A stretch of 64,000 nt of DNA from Eubacteriales bacterium (GTDB lineage Bacteria > Bacillota > Clostridia > Oscillospirales > CAG-272), in assembly GCA_045660295.1 (NCBI GenBank), contig JAZRDN010000007.1, positions 5,438-69,437 of the forward strand, given 5' to 3'. Positions 28,489 through 37,904 of this stretch are shown here, piece by piece. The stretch's first letter is position 1, and each line of letters starts with the position of its first letter. The notes below the pieces were generated by a model. It saw only the letters and a list, made by a program, of their open reading frames with translations. It was not told the DNA's origin and did not search any database. A program made the translations under genes and the position numbers.

Positions 28489-29679
28489 TCAAACGTTAGT
28501 TTCGCTGTTCTTGACAGTCTGCTCCGTCTTTGCGAACGGAACATCAGCCTCTTTTTCCATATTCTTGAACATCTCGGCAAGCTCGGGGTCAAGCTCAACG
28601 TCAGCGCCGTTGTATTCATCAACAGTGGGTATGTTAGAATTTATACCGTCCTTTAAGCCATCGAGAGCGAACACTATCTTTTCGTAATCGTGCAAGATCT
28701 CGCCAAGAGCCTTGTTCTTGAAGAACTTCTTTATATCTCCAACGTCAACACCCGAATTCTTAATATAAATGACCTTTTCCTTAAGCAGCACCAGCTTAGT
28801 CTGATTGCTTGCGCCTTGATCGACCAGCATCTGAGTCGAATTTCTCTGCGCCTTAAGCTGCTGGAACTTGATATTACCGCTCTTAAGCTCTACGTTCCTG
28901 CCCTTTTCAGCAAGAGCCTTCAGGCTTACAGCCATTTCGTCCATAGCCTTCTGGAGCGACTCAGATTTCTGTCTCAGACCGTAAAGCTCAGCCTCAAAGT
29001 TGGAAACGATATCGTCGCTCATAGAAACAAACGCGTCCCAATCCTTTACGCGAGTCTTCATGATCTCCATAGAGCTCTGATCGACTCCGCTGTCATTGAG
29101 CTTGCTGATAGCGTCATTGATAGTGTTGATAACTACTGTTACGTTATCGTTTGTACGCAAAGCGCGGTCGATAAGCGTAAACTGGCTATCGGCGATAGCC
29201 TTCTTCTCTACGTCGTCTCCCGCGGAAACATATGCCGAACGAAAATCCTGAACAAGGTCGAATATCTCGTCAACTCTGTCACTCTTGCAACAGGGATACT
29301 TTCCGTCGAACAAGCCCTGATAAAGAGTGTGAATACGCTTTGTAAACCCGTCTATATTAACATCGGCAAGATCGCGTATGAAAGCCGCCAAGTGAGACAG
29401 GCGCTTAGCGTTTACCGTCTTTCCGAAATTCTGCGCGTCAAGCTGAACACCGAGCTGCTTATTAACCGTGTTAAGCGCCGCCAGCTTATCCTCAACGCCG
29501 ACGCTTTCCGAACGGATAAATCTTACCATATCGGTCTTTGCTTGCTCCCACTGCGCGCTCTGCTCGCCGTCAACAGGAGTTTTGAGTCCGTCTGTGTTGC
29601 GAACAAACTTAAGTCTGGCTTCCTCCAACTGTTTCTTCAGCTTTTTCTTGCCTCCGAACAATTTTTCCAAAAAGGTCAT
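28489..29679 (-). CDS. Helical protein with a C-terminal Snf7/ESCRT-III-like region and an N-terminal extension, 396 aa
   Basis: Amphipathic MTFLEKLFGGKKK start; C-terminal coiled hairpin with turn ALAEKGRNVEL; acidic DVELDPELAEMF; ADVPF tail. Confidence 0.55.
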   Translation of the reverse strand: MTFLEKLFGGKKKLKKQLEEARLKFVRNTDGLKTPVDGEQSAQWEQAKTDMVRFIRSESVGVEDKLAALNTVNKQLGVQLDAQNFGKTVNAKRLSHLAAFIRDLADVNIDGFTKRIHTLYQGLFDGKYPCCKSDRVDEIFDLVQDFRSAYVSAGDDVEKKAIADSQFTLIDRALRTNDNVTVVINTINDAISKLNDSGVDQSSMEIMKTRVKDWDAFVSMSDDIVSNFEAELYGLRQKSESLQKAMDEMAVSLKALAEKGRNVELKSGNIKFQQLKAQRNSTQMLVDQGASNQTKLVLLKEKVIYIKNSGVDVGDIKKFFKNKALGEILHDYEKIVFALDGLKDGINSNIPTVDEYNGADVELDPELAEMFKNMEKEADVPFAKTEQTVKNSETNV

Positions 29680-29722
29680 AATTTTCCCTCCAAAAAATCA
29701 AAAGATTTGTTTTGTTGTATAC

Positions 29723-29751
29723 AGTATATCACCAAAATATCGAAGTGTCAA
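29723..29751 (-). promoter_or_regulatory. SigA promoter of the Snf7-like/Snf7-like/AAA unit
   Basis: TTGACA-17-TATACT with an extended TG. Confidence 0.8.
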
Positions 29752-29792
29752 CAGATTTTTCGACACACTTTTAAGTGCACTTAAGGCTTGTC

Positions 29793-30659
29793 TTATTTAT
29801 CCGACTTACCCTCAAGTCTCTTTTTGCCGTTGTCATCTCCGCTCAATTCGGCCTTCAGCTCCTTGATGGTCTTGTACTTATCCACGTACTCCTCAAGGAA
29901 GCTTACGTCCTCATCCATATTGGCGATGATCGCTTCATGCTCGTTCTTCTTTTCGACCCCGCCCACGTAATCGCTCCAAGCCGTACTGTCCATACGGTTA
30001 AAGGGGCTCGTGTTAGAGAAGCGGAATTTTGTCTGCAAGCCCAAACTTCTGAGACTGCTATTGGCTTTTATCTCGGATTGGCGCACAATTTCCGCATCGT
30101 CAATAGCCTCAGCCAACTCACTAACAGTCTTGACGCCTCTCCACAAAGCGGTTACGTCTCTGCAACACGTACCGACCAAATTTCTTATTTCGTCATGCAA
30201 GGTGGAAAATGTCATGGTGCTAAGGTTGGCATGCGCCTTTGTAAAGGCTGTTCCAGACGTAGTAATGCTCGGCTCATAATGCACAAGCAACGTCATTTTC
30301 GCGGGAACAACTCTCGCTTCATCGACCTTGATGTCCACGTCGCAAGGGTATCCAAGAATGTTCTCACACTTTCCGTTTGTATAGCTTCCAAGATTGTTAG
30401 TAACGCAATAGAGCTTGGATCTTTTAAGCTCATCCACCGTGGTGCGCCACTCTCCGTCGCTATTCACCTCAATAGGGGTGGCATCAGCGTCCTGACCCGT
30501 GATCTTTACAAGGTCACTCATCTCGGGGATCTTGACAACCACCTTAGCGGGAGAGATACGAAAATCTATATCTATTCTCTGAAATATCTCATCCTCGCCC
30601 ATTTTCACACAGACGTACTGATAACGGCTCAAGCCGCCTCTGACATCAACACTGTACAT
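29793..30659 (-). CDS. Hypothetical protein, probable SPFH (band 7)-like domain
   Basis: A beta-rich N-terminus, then a strand-helix-helix-strand pattern (TLHDEIRNLVG...SLRSLGLQTKFRFSNTSP) and a charged helical tail. Confidence 0.5.
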   Translation of the reverse strand: MYSVDVRGGLSRYQYVCVKMGEDEIFQRIDIDFRISPAKVVVKIPEMSDLVKITGQDADATPIEVNSDGEWRTTVDELKRSKLYCVTNNLGSYTNGKCENILGYPCDVDIKVDEARVVPAKMTLLVHYEPSITTSGTAFTKAHANLSTMTFSTLHDEIRNLVGTCCRDVTALWRGVKTVSELAEAIDDAEIVRQSEIKANSSLRSLGLQTKFRFSNTSPFNRMDSTAWSDYVGGVEKKNEHEAIIANMDEDVSFLEEYVDKYKTIKELKAELSGDDNGKKRLEGKSDK

Positions 30660-30678
30660 GGTATGTTTCCTCCGTAAT

Positions 30679-31554
30679 TTATAATAACATTTTCAAAGTC
30701 TCGATAGTGACGCCGAAGCAAACCCCCGTCTCAGGAGCCACAACGTTGACCGCCTGCGCCACTCCCGGCATAACCTCAACGCCGACCGTCTCAACTCCGG
30801 TAGGCGAGCCCGTGAGCAGACCCACCACTTCGCCGCGCACGTTATACAGCGGACCTCCGCTATTGCCGTGCTGAGCCGTACCGTTCATAAGTATGACCTC
30901 GCGATGCTCCTTGAAGTGAGGATGACGCTTAACTCTGTCCTTTATGCTGAATCTGTTGTAGGACAGACCCCAGCCTCTCGAGTTTCCTATGGAAATGACC
31001 TCATCGCCCGGCTTAAGCGCGTGGCTGTCGCCCAGCGCGTTGGCAAGCTCGCTGATATTACTCGGCTTTTCTCTGACGAAATCTATGATAGCCACATCCT
31101 GATCGGCACTGTATCTGACGATACGCGCGGGATATCTCTTGGACTTGTGCTCGATAACAACAACATTTGCGGGAGCGCTCATATCGTTGTTAAGTATAAC
31201 ATGCGCGTTAGTTCCGATCATGCCGTTCGGAAGGAAGAAACCCGAGCCCGCGCCGCAATCGGTAAGCACCTCGACTGCCTTGTCAAGCAATTCCTCAAAC
31301 AAGTGCGATCCCCACGTATGTATTTCATCGGAAGGATTAGCGGGGCGCTTATCACCTGCCGAGGGATCTGAGGGAAGATATTTTTCTATAACCTCGTTAA
31401 CCTCTTTGGTGATCCAACCGTTTTTATTTTTCTGCGTAATCTTACTGTTCCATGCCGCTTCTCCTGAATCGGAACGGGTGGTTCGGTTACCGCAATACGG
31501 GCAAGCAACGCTTCCGCCCTTAAGCTCCATGTTGCAGTTTGGACATCTCAACAT
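30679..31554 (-). CDS. Zinc-ribbon + trypsin-like serine protease (cytoplasmic)
   Basis: CPNC...CPYC N-terminus; triad TNAHVI, QDVAII, GNSGGPL; no signal peptide. Confidence 0.88.
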   Translation of the reverse strand: MLRCPNCNMELKGGSVACPYCGNRTTRSDSGEAAWNSKITQKNKNGWITKEVNEVIEKYLPSDPSAGDKRPANPSDEIHTWGSHLFEELLDKAVEVLTDCGAGSGFFLPNGMIGTNAHVILNNDMSAPANVVVIEHKSKRYPARIVRYSADQDVAIIDFVREKPSNISELANALGDSHALKPGDEVISIGNSRGWGLSYNRFSIKDRVKRHPHFKEHREVILMNGTAQHGNSGGPLYNVRGEVVGLLTGSPTGVETVGVEVMPGVAQAVNVVAPETGVCFGVTIETLKMLL

Positions 31555-31644
31555 AATTTCAACCTCCGCATATTATCAACGCGTCAAAATCAAGGACGCT
31601 CTCAAAGTGTCTCGATCCACCGCGAAATTTGATTATTCTCATAA

Positions 31645-31673
31645 ATTATATCATACAACTTAAAATTTGACAA
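31645..31673 (-). promoter_or_regulatory. SigA promoter of the protease-SPFH unit
   Basis: TTGTCA-17-TATAAT with an extended TG. Confidence 0.8.
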
Positions 31674-31745
31674 GAGTTTTTGCCCAAAAACGTCGTGTTT
31701 TTTGGCGATTTTTTGACAAAAATGTCAAATAGCGATGGCAAAAGC

Positions 31746-32219
31746 TCAATTACCTCGCCTTGAAAGCACCGCCAAGCTCACCGCAAGCAGGTTTGACACC
31801 ACCTCCATCAGGCTCTTTTTTGCGATTTCGGCCTGCGCCTCGGACGCTATTTTTATCGCTATTTCATTATCTATCAAACATATTTTAACACGGCTGTTCA
31901 GCCTTCCCAGCATATCGGAAAATTCCGATTTATCAACCCCATAAGTTTTTTTCAAATATTTAAAGGTATCTCCACCGTCTGTAACGAAGGTCCCGCTGTC
32001 GTTTTTTACACTGTACACGCGAAAGGCTTCCCCGCCCGCTTTTTCGCCCGGCAGGAAAAAGGACTTTTTCAGTGTCAAGTTTGTCAGCTCCTGTTTATTA
32101 TACGTGGTAATGCGGGAGGGGGTTCCAAAAAAGGAATACATATCCCACACCCGGTTTACCAAATTAGCGGAAATGTTATTTTTCTCCTCCCGATTATCGG
32201 TTCGTTTTTTGTTTCCCAT
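31746..32219 (-). CDS. Hypothetical protein, DUF1828-like
   Basis: The FVTDGGDTFKYL motif resembles DUF1828-type proteins. Confidence 0.45.
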   Translation of the reverse strand: MGNKKRTDNREEKNNISANLVNRVWDMYSFFGTPSRITTYNKQELTNLTLKKSFFLPGEKAGGEAFRVYSVKNDSGTFVTDGGDTFKYLKKTYGVDKSEFSDMLGRLNSRVKICLIDNEIAIKIASEAQAEIAKKSLMEVVSNLLAVSLAVLSRRGN

Positions 32220-32406
32220 AGTCTGCCTCCTTTTGACACCACAAGTATATCATTTTCAAAACAGCCGGTCAATAGTTTTTAGATCGAACAGTTAAGTGCA
32301 CTTAACCTTGTTGGCGAACCGTTATTGACTCGCAAAAAAACATATGATACACTGTAATCAGAAAATTTCAAACAGCAAGAAAACACAACGCACAGGAGGC
32401 TAAACA

Positions 32407-35400
32407 ATGGATATTAAAACACTCGATAGCTGGGCTGAACATCTGCTTGACATCGGCAAGGGCAACAACCTTATCAATTTCAAGAACAGCAGAGCGTCTA
32501 CCGTTGAAATACTCACACCCGATATTTCCACGCTTTTTGGCAAGGCCGAAAACGGAGTGACGCTGGAGGTCTACTATCCCGACGACGACAAAGACTTTGA
32601 GGTGACGAAGATCAACGCCCCCACGGAGCGGTCGGAGGGAAAGGACACCAAGGACGAGGGTGAAGAAGCCGCGGAGTCAGCACCCTCCACCGTAGTAACA
32701 TCGGCAAAGGAAAGGTTCATAGCCGCGCATGGGAACAAGCTCAAGAAGCCTAACCGCATACTGATATTCAACCAAAACGGGAAGCCGCTTACGGCGTTGC
32801 GAAACATTCAGAAGAAAGCCGATATGTTGATCGAGGAAACAGGCGTCAATGTAGCTTATATGGTGTTTGGCTTTGTCAACTGGTATGAAAATGAAAACAA
32901 GAGCCAGATCTTCTCTGCCCCCCTGCTGCTTGTTCCTATACATATAAAGCGCCGTTCGGCTATCGACCCGTATGTCATCAAGACAACCGAGGATGAGATC
33001 ATAGTCAACCCGACCTTTAACTACAAGCTCGCCGTAGAATACAAGATAAGCCTGCCCGAATACTCTGACCAAGGCTTTAACGAGTATCTGGCATACGTAG
33101 CCAAGACAGTCAAAAAAATCGGTTGGAGTGTCTCGTCGGAGTGCAAGATAGGTACATTCTCCTTCCTTAAAGTAAACATGTACCACGATCTTAAGACCAA
33201 CTCCGAGCAGATACTCAAAAACCTCCTCGTCCGCACACTTCTCGGTCTGCCGCAAGCAAGCGCGGAGAACGTCTCTGCCGAAGCGGGTGAGTCCATATTG
33301 AAGTCCCAAGACGAGGAAGAAGCGCGTTTGCACAATGTCGTTGACGCCGACGCAAGCCAAACCGAAGCGATAAAAATGGCAAAATCGGGCGAAAGCTTTG
33401 TACTCCAAGGACCTCCCGGCACCGGAAAGAGCCAGACCATAACCAACATCATCGCAGAGTGCCTCGCGGATGGCAAGACAGTGCTTTTCGTGTCCGAAAA
33501 GCTTGCCGCGCTAAACGTGGTATACAACAAGCTGAAGCAGGCAGGGCTTGAGGACTTCTGCCTTGAGCTTCACAGCCACAAGACCGGTAAGACGGGCGTA
33601 ATAAAGGAGCTTTGCCGCACACTGCGCGCCGACCGAAGCAAGGTGTCCGCACGCGCCGAAAACGACCTTGCCGACGAGGAACACGCCCGCAAGCTGTTGG
33701 AAGAATACACAAGAGCCCTGCACGAGCGCCACGAGAGCATCGGCATGAGCCTTTACGAGCTTTTCGAGGTATACGCCGCCTACCGCAACATTCCCGACAG
33801 CAACCGCGTGATACCCGATATAGCCGACAAGGGAGACGAATATCTCAAGGCATGTGTAGGTCTTATAAGTCAGTACGTTGAATTCATCCCTTCAATAGGC
33901 AACGATTACAGAAAAAACCCCTGGTACGGATATGACGGCACCGACACCTCGTATCAGGCTAAAAACACCTGCCGCAATGATCTGCGAAACGCGGCAGTCT
34001 GCGTGTCGAAGCTCTTTGAGACGGCTCAGGACATCGAGCAAAGACTGGGGGTGACCTGCGACACCATATCCGCGCTTGACAGCTGGAAAAGTATATTCCG
34101 TCTTGCCGCCGGCACCGAAACGCTTACCCCCAAGCTTTTCGACCGAAAGATCCTCAAATACACAATTTCTTACATAACGGAGCTAAAACTTCTCAGTGAA
34201 AAAATAGTCGCCATGAGAAACGATATCAGAGAGAACTATTTTGAGGATATCTTCGCCAGCGGCTGCTACAAGAATCACGAGCTTTTGGTTAAAAAGTACG
34301 ACAGACCCGTATTGCGCTTCATAAAGAAGGAGTACAGGCAGATAATCCGCGAGCTGCGCGCTTACAAAATAGACGGCAAGAAGATCGCCTACGTAGACGC
34401 GACAGAGGTGTTGAAAAAGCTGAAAAGCTACAATGAGCTCATGGAGACCTACATTTCCAAGGAGGAGTCTATCAAAAAGCTTTTGGGCAAGCAATATATC
34501 GGCATAGACACCGATTGGAAGCTTATGAACGAGCATCTCACCCTTTTTGCCCGGCTCCTTGTTCCGTCCGTGGACACCAAGCCGATAGCGGAAATGTCTG
34601 TTCAGCTGTTTGAGGAAGAAAAACCCTATTTCCAAGAGACGGCAGACACTATAGACAGCTGTATCTCGGGATGCAAGGAAAGCCTTGACAGACTCGCGCA
34701 AAGCTTTGACACGCGTATATTCGACTTCAACAACGCCCCCATAGACATGGTACTTACCACCTGTGAGGAATGTCTTGAAACCTTTGACTGCTTTGAAAAC
34801 TGGTGCCGCTTCAGAGTGCTGCTGACCGAGCTTGAGCGCGGCGGGCTTATTTCCTTCATCCACGAGGTCATAGAAAACAACCTTGCGCCCGAGCACGTCA
34901 AACCCCAGTACGAAAAGATCTTCTACCGCCGGTGGATAGACAGAATCCTGTGCAACAGTGCTATATTGGGCAACTTCTCGCGCATCATTCACGACAAGAC
35001 CGTAAACCTTTTCTGCGAGAAGGATCTTTTGGAATTCGAGATAAACAAAGCCATTATCAAGGCTCTGGTATCATCCAAGCGCCCCTCGCTTGATCTGGTT
35101 GCCTCGGGCAGTGCCGTTTCAATGCTACTAAGAGAAAACGAGAAAAAGCGCAAGCAGAAAGGCATACGCACCCTTCTTTCCGAGGCGGGCGGTCTCATTC
35201 AGCTCATAAAGCCCTGCTTTCTCATGTCTCCGCTCAGCGTAAGCACATTTCTTACCGCTGACGCAAGCTTCGACGTAGTTATCTTCGACGAGGCGTCCCA
35301 GATATTCCCGCAGGATGCTATGGGCGCTATTTACCGAGGAAAACAGATAATAGTTGTAGGCGACTCAAAGCAGATGCCGCCCAGCAACTTCTTTACAGTC

Positions 35401-37119
35401 TCCGCAGACGGCGACACAGGCGACACCGATACCGAGACAGTAGCCGATTTCGAGTCTATCCTCGATATTTGCTCTGCTACCTTCTCACAGCTCAGACTCA
35501 AATGGCATTACAGAAGCCGTTACGAGCCCTTGATAGCATTCTCAAACAAACACTTTTACGACGGCGATCTGGTCACCTTCCCCTCATCGGTTACCGATAC
35601 GAAGGGTATCGGCGTGGACTATCATTTCGTAAGCGAAGGGGTTTTTGAGCACGGTACACGAGTCAACCACCAGGAAGCCAAGTACGTGGTTGACCTTATC
35701 TTCGAAAACATCAGAGAATATCCCGAGCGCAGTCTCGGAGTGGTGGCGTTCAGCATAGCCCAGCAGGATCTCATAGACAAGCTCCTTATGCAGCGCAGAA
35801 GATTAGACCCCTCACACGAAAATTTCTTCGACCCAGACCGTGATGAGCCCTTCTTTATCAAGAATCTTGAAACCGTACAGGGCGACGAGCGCGACACTGT
35901 AATTTTCAGCATAGCCTACGCAAAGGATAGCAACGGTAAGCTCATGCACAATTTCGGACCTCTTAACAAGGTGGGCGGCGAGCGCCGTCTCAACGTCGCA
36001 ATAACCCGCGCCAAGAGCAACGTTCAGCTGGTCGCGTCCATACACGGAAGCGATATAAGCACCGAGCGTACGGGTGCCAACGGTGCAAGAGCTCTTAAGG
36101 AATATCTGGAATACGCCGAATTCGGACAGGCTCGCGCCGACACCGAGCCTCACGAGGTAGATACCCTCGGCTACGGTGAGACACGTCATGATCTTGAGGA
36201 GGAGATATGTGAATTTCTTCGCTCCGGCGGCTTTGTTGCCGAGCGCAAGATAGGAAGCTCGGGCTTCCCCGTGGATATTGCGGTACGCTCCGAGGAGACG
36301 GGAGATTTCGTTCTGGCAGTTGAGTGCGACGGACCAAATTACAAAAGCTTCGGCAACGTCCGCGACCGCGACAGACTCCGCAAGACAGTGCTTGAGCGCA
36401 TGGGCTGGAAATATCACCGCATCTGGGCTACCGATTGGTTCACCAACAACAGCGTTGAAAAAGAGGCTCTGCTTGACGCCGCGCGCTGCGCGCTGTCCCC
36501 CCTTCCCGAGTCCGAGGGCGCGCAGGACTGCATTGAGGCTCGTTGTGATTACATCGAAAAGCTCCATATCGCGCCCTTCACCTTCCCCGTTTACACGGAA
36601 GCGAATATTCCCCTCGCGCACAAGGCGCACAAGGATGATTTTCGGTCCTTCATAAAGGCTATATTGGAAATAGAAGCGCCCCTGTCCGAGGAATGGCTGC
36701 TTAAGCGCATCTCGTACCTTTTCAACAGAGAAAAGGTCACAAACGTGGTGGTTCAGGCGTATGAAAGGCTCATGGTGGGCTGTCAGTTCGCGGGTATTAC
36801 ACGGAAAGACCGATTCCTGTATCTTGACGGCAAGGACGACACCGTATTGCGTACTCCAAACGGCCCCCCCAGAGAAATAAAGCATATCGCCCTTGAGGAA
36901 TTGGCATCGGGTATGCTTGAAATAATCAGGAAAAATATCACCATATCCAAGCGAGGTCTGTATCACGCCGTTGTTTCGATCCTCGGCTTCTCGCGCATGA
37001 GCAACGCCGCCTATACCAGACTTGACGAGGCGCTCGCCCTCATTGCCGACGACATCGATGAGGAGGACGGCGTTATAACCTACACGCCATGCTTTAAGGA
37101 TGACGAGGACGATATTTAA
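32407..37119 (+). CDS. DUF4011 + SF1 helicase + Vsr-like nuclease protein (Hhe-type defence gene)
   Basis: WAEHLLDIGKGNNLINF (DUF4011), QGPPGTGKS, DEASQ, VGDSKQMPP, VQGDERD, RLNVAITRA, AVECDG...RDRDRLR...GWKYHRIW. Confidence 0.88.
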   Translation: MDIKTLDSWAEHLLDIGKGNNLINFKNSRASTVEILTPDISTLFGKAENGVTLEVYYPDDDKDFEVTKINAPTERSEGKDTKDEGEEAAESAPSTVVTSAKERFIAAHGNKLKKPNRILIFNQNGKPLTALRNIQKKADMLIEETGVNVAYMVFGFVNWYENENKSQIFSAPLLLVPIHIKRRSAIDPYVIKTTEDEIIVNPTFNYKLAVEYKISLPEYSDQGFNEYLAYVAKTVKKIGWSVSSECKIGTFSFLKVNMYHDLKTNSEQILKNLLVRTLLGLPQASAENVSAEAGESILKSQDEEEARLHNVVDADASQTEAIKMAKSGESFVLQGPPGTGKSQTITNIIAECLADGKTVLFVSEKLAALNVVYNKLKQAGLEDFCLELHSHKTGKTGVIKELCRTLRADRSKVSARAENDLADEEHARKLLEEYTRALHERHESIGMSLYELFEVYAAYRNIPDSNRVIPDIADKGDEYLKACVGLISQYVEFIPSIGNDYRKNPWYGYDGTDTSYQAKNTCRNDLRNAAVCVSKLFETAQDIEQRLGVTCDTISALDSWKSIFRLAAGTETLTPKLFDRKILKYTISYITELKLLSEKIVAMRNDIRENYFEDIFASGCYKNHELLVKKYDRPVLRFIKKEYRQIIRELRAYKIDGKKIAYVDATEVLKKLKSYNELMETYISKEESIKKLLGKQYIGIDTDWKLMNEHLTLFARLLVPSVDTKPIAEMSVQLFEEEKPYFQETADTIDSCISGCKESLDRLAQSFDTRIFDFNNAPIDMVLTTCEECLETFDCFENWCRFRVLLTELERGGLISFIHEVIENNLAPEHVKPQYEKIFYRRWIDRILCNSAILGNFSRIIHDKTVNLFCEKDLLEFEINKAIIKALVSSKRPSLDLVASGSAVSMLLRENEKKRKQKGIRTLLSEAGGLIQLIKPCFLMSPLSVSTFLTADASFDVVIFDEASQIFPQDAMGAIYRGKQIIVVGDSKQMPPSNFFTVSADGDTGDTDTETVADFESILDICSATFSQLRLKWHYRSRYEPLIAFSNKHFYDGDLVTFPSSVTDTKGIGVDYHFVSEGVFEHGTRVNHQEAKYVVDLIFENIREYPERSLGVVAFSIAQQDLIDKLLMQRRRLDPSHENFFDPDRDEPFFIKNLETVQGDERDTVIFSIAYAKDSNGKLMHNFGPLNKVGGERRLNVAITRAKSNVQLVASIHGSDISTERTGANGARALKEYLEYAEFGQARADTEPHEVDTLGYGETRHDLEEEICEFLRSGGFVAERKIGSSGFPVDIAVRSEETGDFVLAVECDGPNYKSFGNVRDRDRLRKTVLERMGWKYHRIWATDWFTNNSVEKEALLDAARCALSPLPESEGAQDCIEARCDYIEKLHIAPFTFPVYTEANIPLAHKAHKDDFRSFIKAILEIEAPLSEEWLLKRISYLFNREKVTNVVVQAYERLMVGCQFAGITRKDRFLYLDGKDDTVLRTPNGPPREIKHIALEELASGMLEIIRKNITISKRGLYHAVVSILGFSRMSNAAYTRLDEALALIADDIDEEDGVITYTPCFKDDEDDI

Positions 37120-37222
37120 CTTTCGTTAAATTAGACAAAATTTCGACATAAGTATTGCATTTCAGAGCTTTTTATGTTAAAATTAAAGAACCAACATAAT
37201 TCTATTTTTCGGAGGTATTATC

Positions 37223-37444
37223 ATGACTTGGTTTAACAAACAGAACCGTCTTGTGCAGATCATTCTGCTCCTCATTCCCGGTGTAAACTGGATCACCGAG
37301 ATCCTTGTAAGATGGTCCACTTTCGCTAAGAAGGGCGGCCTCTTACGCCTCATCATCTGCCTTATCGTAACCTTTGCGGGCTTCGTATTCGGCTGGCTCG
37401 ACGTTATCTGGGTGCTTCTTTTCAAGAAGTTATTCCTGCAGTAA
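37223..37444 (+). CDS. Small two-TM membrane protein
   Basis: Strong RBS GGAGGT and two hydrophobic segments. Confidence 0.7.
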   Translation: MTWFNKQNRLVQIILLLIPGVNWITEILVRWSTFAKKGGLLRLIICLIVTFAGFVFGWLDVIWVLLFKKLFLQ

Positions 37445-37549
37445 GTACAAACAACATAAGGGAGCAACGGTGTTGCTCCCTTTTTGTATTCACTGTTTTA
37501 TACGCACGCATCACAGCTTTGTAAACATTTCAAGTATTTCGGTTTTAGT

Positions 37550-37740
37550 GATATGCCGACTTGGTCAGCGTGATATTTTTGCTACGCAAAAGTGTTATTG
37601 AAGCCTTACGGCTTGTATGAAGCGGCAACTCCGTTGCCATGAACCGAAGCGCGTGGTAACCTCGACCTGTGCCGAAGGCACGCTTCATAGGGCGAAGCTC
37701 TGCTTCACGAGTTGCTTCATGCGCGTCAGCGCGCTTCACA
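37550..37740. repeat. Palindromic REP-like element rich in TGAAGC/GCTTCA
   Basis: Several TGAAGC copies followed by several GCTTCA copies, with nested small hairpins. Confidence 0.55.
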
Positions 37741-37741
37741 G

Positions 37742-37789
37742 AAAAAAGCACTTGCTTACGCAAGTGCTTTTTTCTGGCTGGGATGGCCG
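37742..37789 (-). repeat. Displaced tRNA-Gln 3' end (att-like, 15 bp) plus its terminator
   Basis: TGGCTGGGATGGCCG at 37775-37789 is identical to 38900-38914. It abuts the hairpin AAAAAAGCACTTGC-TTAC-GCAAGTGCTTTTTT. Confidence 0.8.
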
Positions 37790-37904
37790 ATTTAGATGCA
37801 AAGCCGTGTGTGGCAGATTTTGATGCATGGTTTTTCGCACGAGGGTAGACTATCCCCTTGGCGATGATGGTGGTTGCACGTGACCGCTATCTCCCGCTAT
37901 GTAA

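Noticed and set aside
25732-37119. Prophage or ICE as the identity of the accessory block
   Set aside because: No integrase, structural, terminase, relaxase or T4SS genes, and no att pair bracketing it was seen.
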